Assembly (NCBI RefSeq): GCF_001194135.2
Contig: NC_068994.1
Span: 58,637,395 to 58,677,492 of the forward strand
Length of the DNA stretch: 40,098 bases
Reading direction: 5' to 3'
DNA from: Octopus bimaculoides
Lineage: Eukaryota
Positions 36,519-40,098 of the stretch are shown here, in pieces; position 1 is the first letter of the stretch; every line of letters begins with the position of its first letter. Below the pieces are notes generated by a model, which was not told the origin of the DNA, searched no databases, and worked only from the letters and a program-made list of their open reading frames with translations. Position numbers and translations under genes: made by a program.

Positions 36519-36830
36519 GTTGTTTTATTTTTCTTCTTTCTTCAAATTTTCTTCCATTTCTCGCCGAGTGCAGAGAAGCTCATTGTATGCATTCCCAGTT
36601 TACACACGCAAATTCACAGGTAAAATATGTATGTAAAAAAAATAAATAAATAAATAAATTCATGAATGGATGTTGTTTTCACAGCGATAATGCTCTTCTC
36701 AGTACATGAGTCGTTCCAGTTAACACGATTTTTTGCACTTCCTGTGGGGATTGTAGGCCTGGTATCATTTTCAAATAGGTTTCAGTACCTTTTTTTTTAT
36801 CATTCCTAGAGATCCGACAATCACTGATGC

Positions 36831-36831
<1 letters not shown>
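36519..36831 (-). mobile_element. R4/Dong LINE extreme 3' end
   Basis: The minus strand reads SVIVGSLGMIKK/GTETYLKMIPGLQS.QEVQKIVLTGTTHVLRRALSL* (stop at 36679-36681), followed by a UTR and tail. Confidence 0.8.

Positions 36832-36927
<96 letters not shown>
36832..36927. repeat. (ATT)n(GTT)n microsatellite
   Basis: Directly visible; it separates two LINE copies. Confidence 0.97.
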
Positions 36928-36928
<1 letters not shown>

Positions 36929-37548
36929 GACTTTTGCTTTGTATTTGTACAGAGACCTCAAGAGATAACAAGTTAGAAGTACATGTTGATGTTATGCCTA
37001 AGGTGTCATACATTTGGTTTTGTACATAGTATTGTTCTAGAGAATGTTTAAGAAAACATAAGAAAATTACGAGTTTGTCTTAAAATTTGAGATTACACAG
37101 ACAGTATTTAACGTAGGATATGGTCAGTTCCCGTGAGCACCATCTTTTGAATTTCTGCCATTTTAGGGTTCCATGGTATCTGAGCTAGGTAGTAATCAGC
37201 CCGTTTCGCTGTCATTCCCAGGGCACCTATGACAATAGGTATTGTTTTAGTCTTGAGGTTCCACATTTTGGCAATTTCTATTTTAAGATCTTTATACTTG
37301 CTGAGTTTTTGGCAGCTCTTGACAGATACATTTATATCGATTGGGACAGTCATATGAATGAGGAGGCATGATTTTTGTCTGAAATCTTTCAAAATAATGT
37401 CTGGCCTATTCGCATCTATTTTTCTGTCAGTTTGAATGGTGAACTTCCAGAGGAGTATGATGTGATCATTTTCAAGTACTGGGTGTGGTTTGTGTTCCCA
37501 CCAGTTTTTATCATGCGGTAGATCCAGATTTATGCAAATTACCCAGTG
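36928..37548 (-). mobile_element. 5'-truncated R4/Dong LINE with an uninterrupted RLE frame (37548-37108)
   Basis: 147 codons including the stop: HWVICINLDLPHDKNWWEHKPHPVLENDHIILLWKFTIQTDRKIDANRPDIILKDF..VPID..QKLSKYKDLKIEIAKMWNLKTKTIPIVIGALG..ILR*. A ~180-bp UTR follows, and (AAT)n-type arrays flank both sides. Confidence 0.92.
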
Positions 37549-37555
37549 ATTATTA

Positions 37556-37635
<80 letters not shown>
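37549..37635. repeat. (ATT)n microsatellite
   Basis: Directly visible. Confidence 0.97.
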
Positions 37636-37637
<2 letters not shown>

Positions 37638-37862
37638 GCTGGCAGAATCGTTAGCACGCCGGGCGAAATGCTAAGCGGTATTTCGTCTGCCGTTACGTTC
37701 TGAGTTCAAATTCCGCCGAGGTCGACTCTGCCTTTCATCCTTTCGGGGTCGATTAAATAAGTGCCAGATATGCACTGGAGTTGATGTAATCTACTTAATC
37801 GCTTTGTCTGTCCTTGTTTGTCTCCTCTATGTTTTCCCCCGTGGGCAATGAAGAAATAAATT
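37636..37862 (+). mobile_element. SINE family A variant with an alternative 3' end
   Basis: aagctggcagaatcgttagcacgccgggcgaaatgc..gagttcaaattccgccgaggtcgac..cctttcatcctttcggggtcgat... The 3' part (tttgtctgtccttgtttgtctcctctatg) differs from the other copies. It is embedded in (ATT)n. Confidence 0.88.
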
Positions 37863-37866
37863 ATTT

Positions 37867-37910
<44 letters not shown>

Positions 37911-38272
37911 GAATGAGGGAGCAGTGCATGACATCAAAGTGACACAGGGGTACAAAGGTACGAAGCCCAATATACCCATTAAGACTAGCCGATACCAGGC
38001 ACATGCATCACATCCATATGTGCGCGACATGGTGATCTCATATCAACATAAACAGCGCATGACCTTGCAGGTGGGGCCCAGTTAGAATTTTCTTCAGGTC
38101 GAGTAATCCATCTCACTCAAAAGTTCCCTGATTAAGGGTTGTTTAAGGATGATGGACAAAACACCCATGTTTCCAAAGGTGAATTATCCAAACCCCAAAG
38201 AATTCTTCTCAACATATGGCTATGATGCTCCCCCACTACTTCTGCTCATGATCAGAGATGCACATATCGTTA
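37911..38272 (-). mobile_element. Unidentified ~360-bp non-coding retroposon-like element with an (AAT)n tail
   Basis: A block more GC-rich than its surroundings, with no recognisable ORF, ending on the minus strand in aataataat. The family is not determined. Confidence 0.5.
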
Positions 38273-38548
38273 GTCAATTATCTGGCACTTTCTATTCTCT
38301 TCATCTACCACTAAATCAGGCCTTTTAGTTTCCATTACTCTATCAGTCTGAATGTTAAAGTCCCACAACATCGTATATTTCTTACTTCCTAGTACATGTT
38401 CAGATCCTAGTTTTCTACACAACTCCCAGTGGATTACTCTCCCTAGATTTTCATGTCTTTTCTTGCATTCTTTCTGTGCCAGCATGCTACATTCACTTAC
38501 TATATGAGTAACACTTTTCTCTTTTGATTTGCATAACCTACATTGAGC
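38273..38548 (-). mobile_element. R4/Dong LINE fragment (CCHC knuckle plus N-terminal half of RLE)
   Basis: AQCRLCKSKEKSVTHIVSECSMLAQKECKKRHENLGRVIHWELC..MLWDFNIQTDRVMETKRPDLVV..CQIID. Confidence 0.9.
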
Positions 38549-38634
38549 GTGGAGGCGCAATGGCCCAGTGTTTAGGGCAGTGGACTCGCGATCACAGGAT
38601 CACGGTTTCGATTCCCAGACCGGGCGTTGTGAGT
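38549..38634 (+). mobile_element. SINE family C, head only
   Basis: gtggaggcgcaatggcccagtgtttagggc..ggtttcgattcccagaccgggcgttgtgagt, followed by atttttt. Confidence 0.85.
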
Positions 38635-39097
38635 ATTTTTTGACATTCAGAAACAAAAGTCAGCACCTCTTGTTAAATCAAAATTTTATCAAACAGTTTG
38701 CTAGAAATTCATAATTGAACAGTTTATTTTATTTTATAGATGTAAAACAGGAATAAATGAAATAGATATTAGATCTTAAATCTTAGAACTTATATATCAG
38801 TACTTTAGCTTTTTGATATGTTTTGCATCGTCACTTCATTAAATGTATCACGCAAAATCAGAAATTAAATCGATTTGTTTGCACACTTTGCGATTAGGAA
38901 ACTCAACCAGTGATTTCATATGAATCAACGATTTGAGCAGGGATGCAACATGATTAACAATGCGAAGTTGGTTTTCTATTTAACCTTTGCACCGATAACT
39001 ATCAAATAATGCATATTCTGTAAAATCTGAGTATTTGCAAAATCTTCCAGTTCTCAAAATACTCACCACATATTTATCAAGTATATAATTGTCTTTC

Positions 39098-39483
39098 GTG
39101 GAGGCGCAATGGCCCAGTGGTTAGGGCAGCAGACTCGTGGTCATAGGATCACGGTTTCGATTCCCAAACCGGGCGTTGTGAGTGTTTATTGAGCGAAAAC
39201 ACCTAAAGCCCCACGAGGCTCCGGCAGGGGATGGTGGCGAACCCTGTTGTAATCTATCACCACAACTTTCTCTCACTCTTAATTCCTGTTTCTGTTGTGC
39301 CTGTAATTCAAAGGGTCAGCCTTGTCATGCTGAATATCCCCGAGAACTACGTTAAGGGTACACGTGTCTGTGGAGTGCTCAGCCACTTGCACGTTAATTT
39401 CACGAGCAGGCTGTTCCGTTGATTGGATCAACTGGAACCCTCGACGTCGTAAGCCACGGAGTGCCAACAAAAACAACAACAAC
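39098..39483 (+). mobile_element. SINE family C, full length (tRNA-derived)
   Basis: A box tggcccagtgg (39110), B box ggtttcgattccc (39153), (AAC)n tail and an 11-bp TSD aattgtctttc (39087-39097, 39484-39494). Consistent with the tRNA-Arg-related octopus SINEs I remember; the family name is unverified. Confidence 0.92.
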
Positions 39484-39705
39484 AATTGTCTTTCATTCTT
39501 ATATAATTACCTAAGCTATGTACACACGCAGACAGGAAGACACTAAGAAAGAGATTTTAATGGACCAATCGAATAAACATGGAATCCATTGAAATAATTT
39601 TAATAAGAGTATGTAGGCCGTGAATACAACAAAAGGATTTCAAAGTTATTTGCGGGAACCGAACTTGCCCCTTATGGTTCACTATAAATTTCGACACGAA
39701 AATGT

Positions 39706-39836
39706 GTTGCCATGGTCACCGAATACTTTATTCCACAAACCTTGATGTAAGATATACATTTATTTTAAGAACGCTACGTATCTAAAACGTACTGCGTACA
39801 TACTAGTGAGCGTTTGCATTAATATCTCGCCATTTT
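39706..39836. promoter_or_regulatory. Candidate RFX X-box plus YY1-like motif
   Basis: gttgccatggtcac is 1 mismatch from the GTTGCCATGGTAAC X-box. cgccatttt is the reverse complement of AAAATGGCG. This is a motif match only. Confidence 0.25.
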
Positions 39837-40029
39837 ATTTCGATTAGCAATCAGAAACCATTCTGTTGTCACGTCCTAAATACCTCTAAGTCTTAATTAC
39901 TTCTTAAGATGAACTTTTAATCCTTCACGGAAATTAAATAGTATGACACAATGGTTCTGTTTTCTATTGTCATTTTTTTTCTACTCCATTTTTTCATTTC
40001 AAGATCTTGCATGATTCATATGTGCACAT

Positions 40030-40048
40030 ACATATATATATATACATG

Positions 40049-40098
<50 letters not shown>
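40030..40098. repeat. (TA)n microsatellite
   Basis: Directly visible at the window end. Confidence 0.97.

Noticed and set aside
39098-39175. tRNA gene calls for the A/B-box heads (also 4060-4136, 6657-6738, 38549-38634)
   Set aside because: They lack a proper acceptor stem and canonical cloverleaf. They are multi-copy and continue into SINE body with a tail and TSD.

Overview
This is eukaryotic, AT-rich, microsatellite-dense draft-assembly DNA with seven N-gaps. The tRNA-derived SINE families and R4/Dong plus RTE LINE load look like an Octopus/coleoid cephalopod genome; this is inferred, not verified. I find no intact host gene, rRNA, true tRNA or CRISPR array, and almost all listed ORFs are microsatellite or gap artefacts. 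The window is a transposon graveyard. It holds a Hero-like RLE LINE remnant, several R4/Dong-type RLE LINE pieces (one ~1.8 kb decayed RT and four different 3' ends), an RTE tail, and decayed mariner, pogo/Tigger and Tc1-superfamily transposases. It also holds hAT, Tc1 and mariner MITEs and three SINE families, named here A, B and C. The strongest unexplained structure is a set of (TAA)n microsatellite 'landing pads' where R4/Dong copies stack head-to-tail and SINE-A sits antisense, tail-to-tail. Other leads are an unidentified ~360-bp (AAT)n-tailed element fused to an R4 fragment, a duplicated 60-nt hairpin, and head-only SINE copies. Family assignments rest on remembered motifs, not database searches. 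I cannot support a novel intact protein-coding system here.
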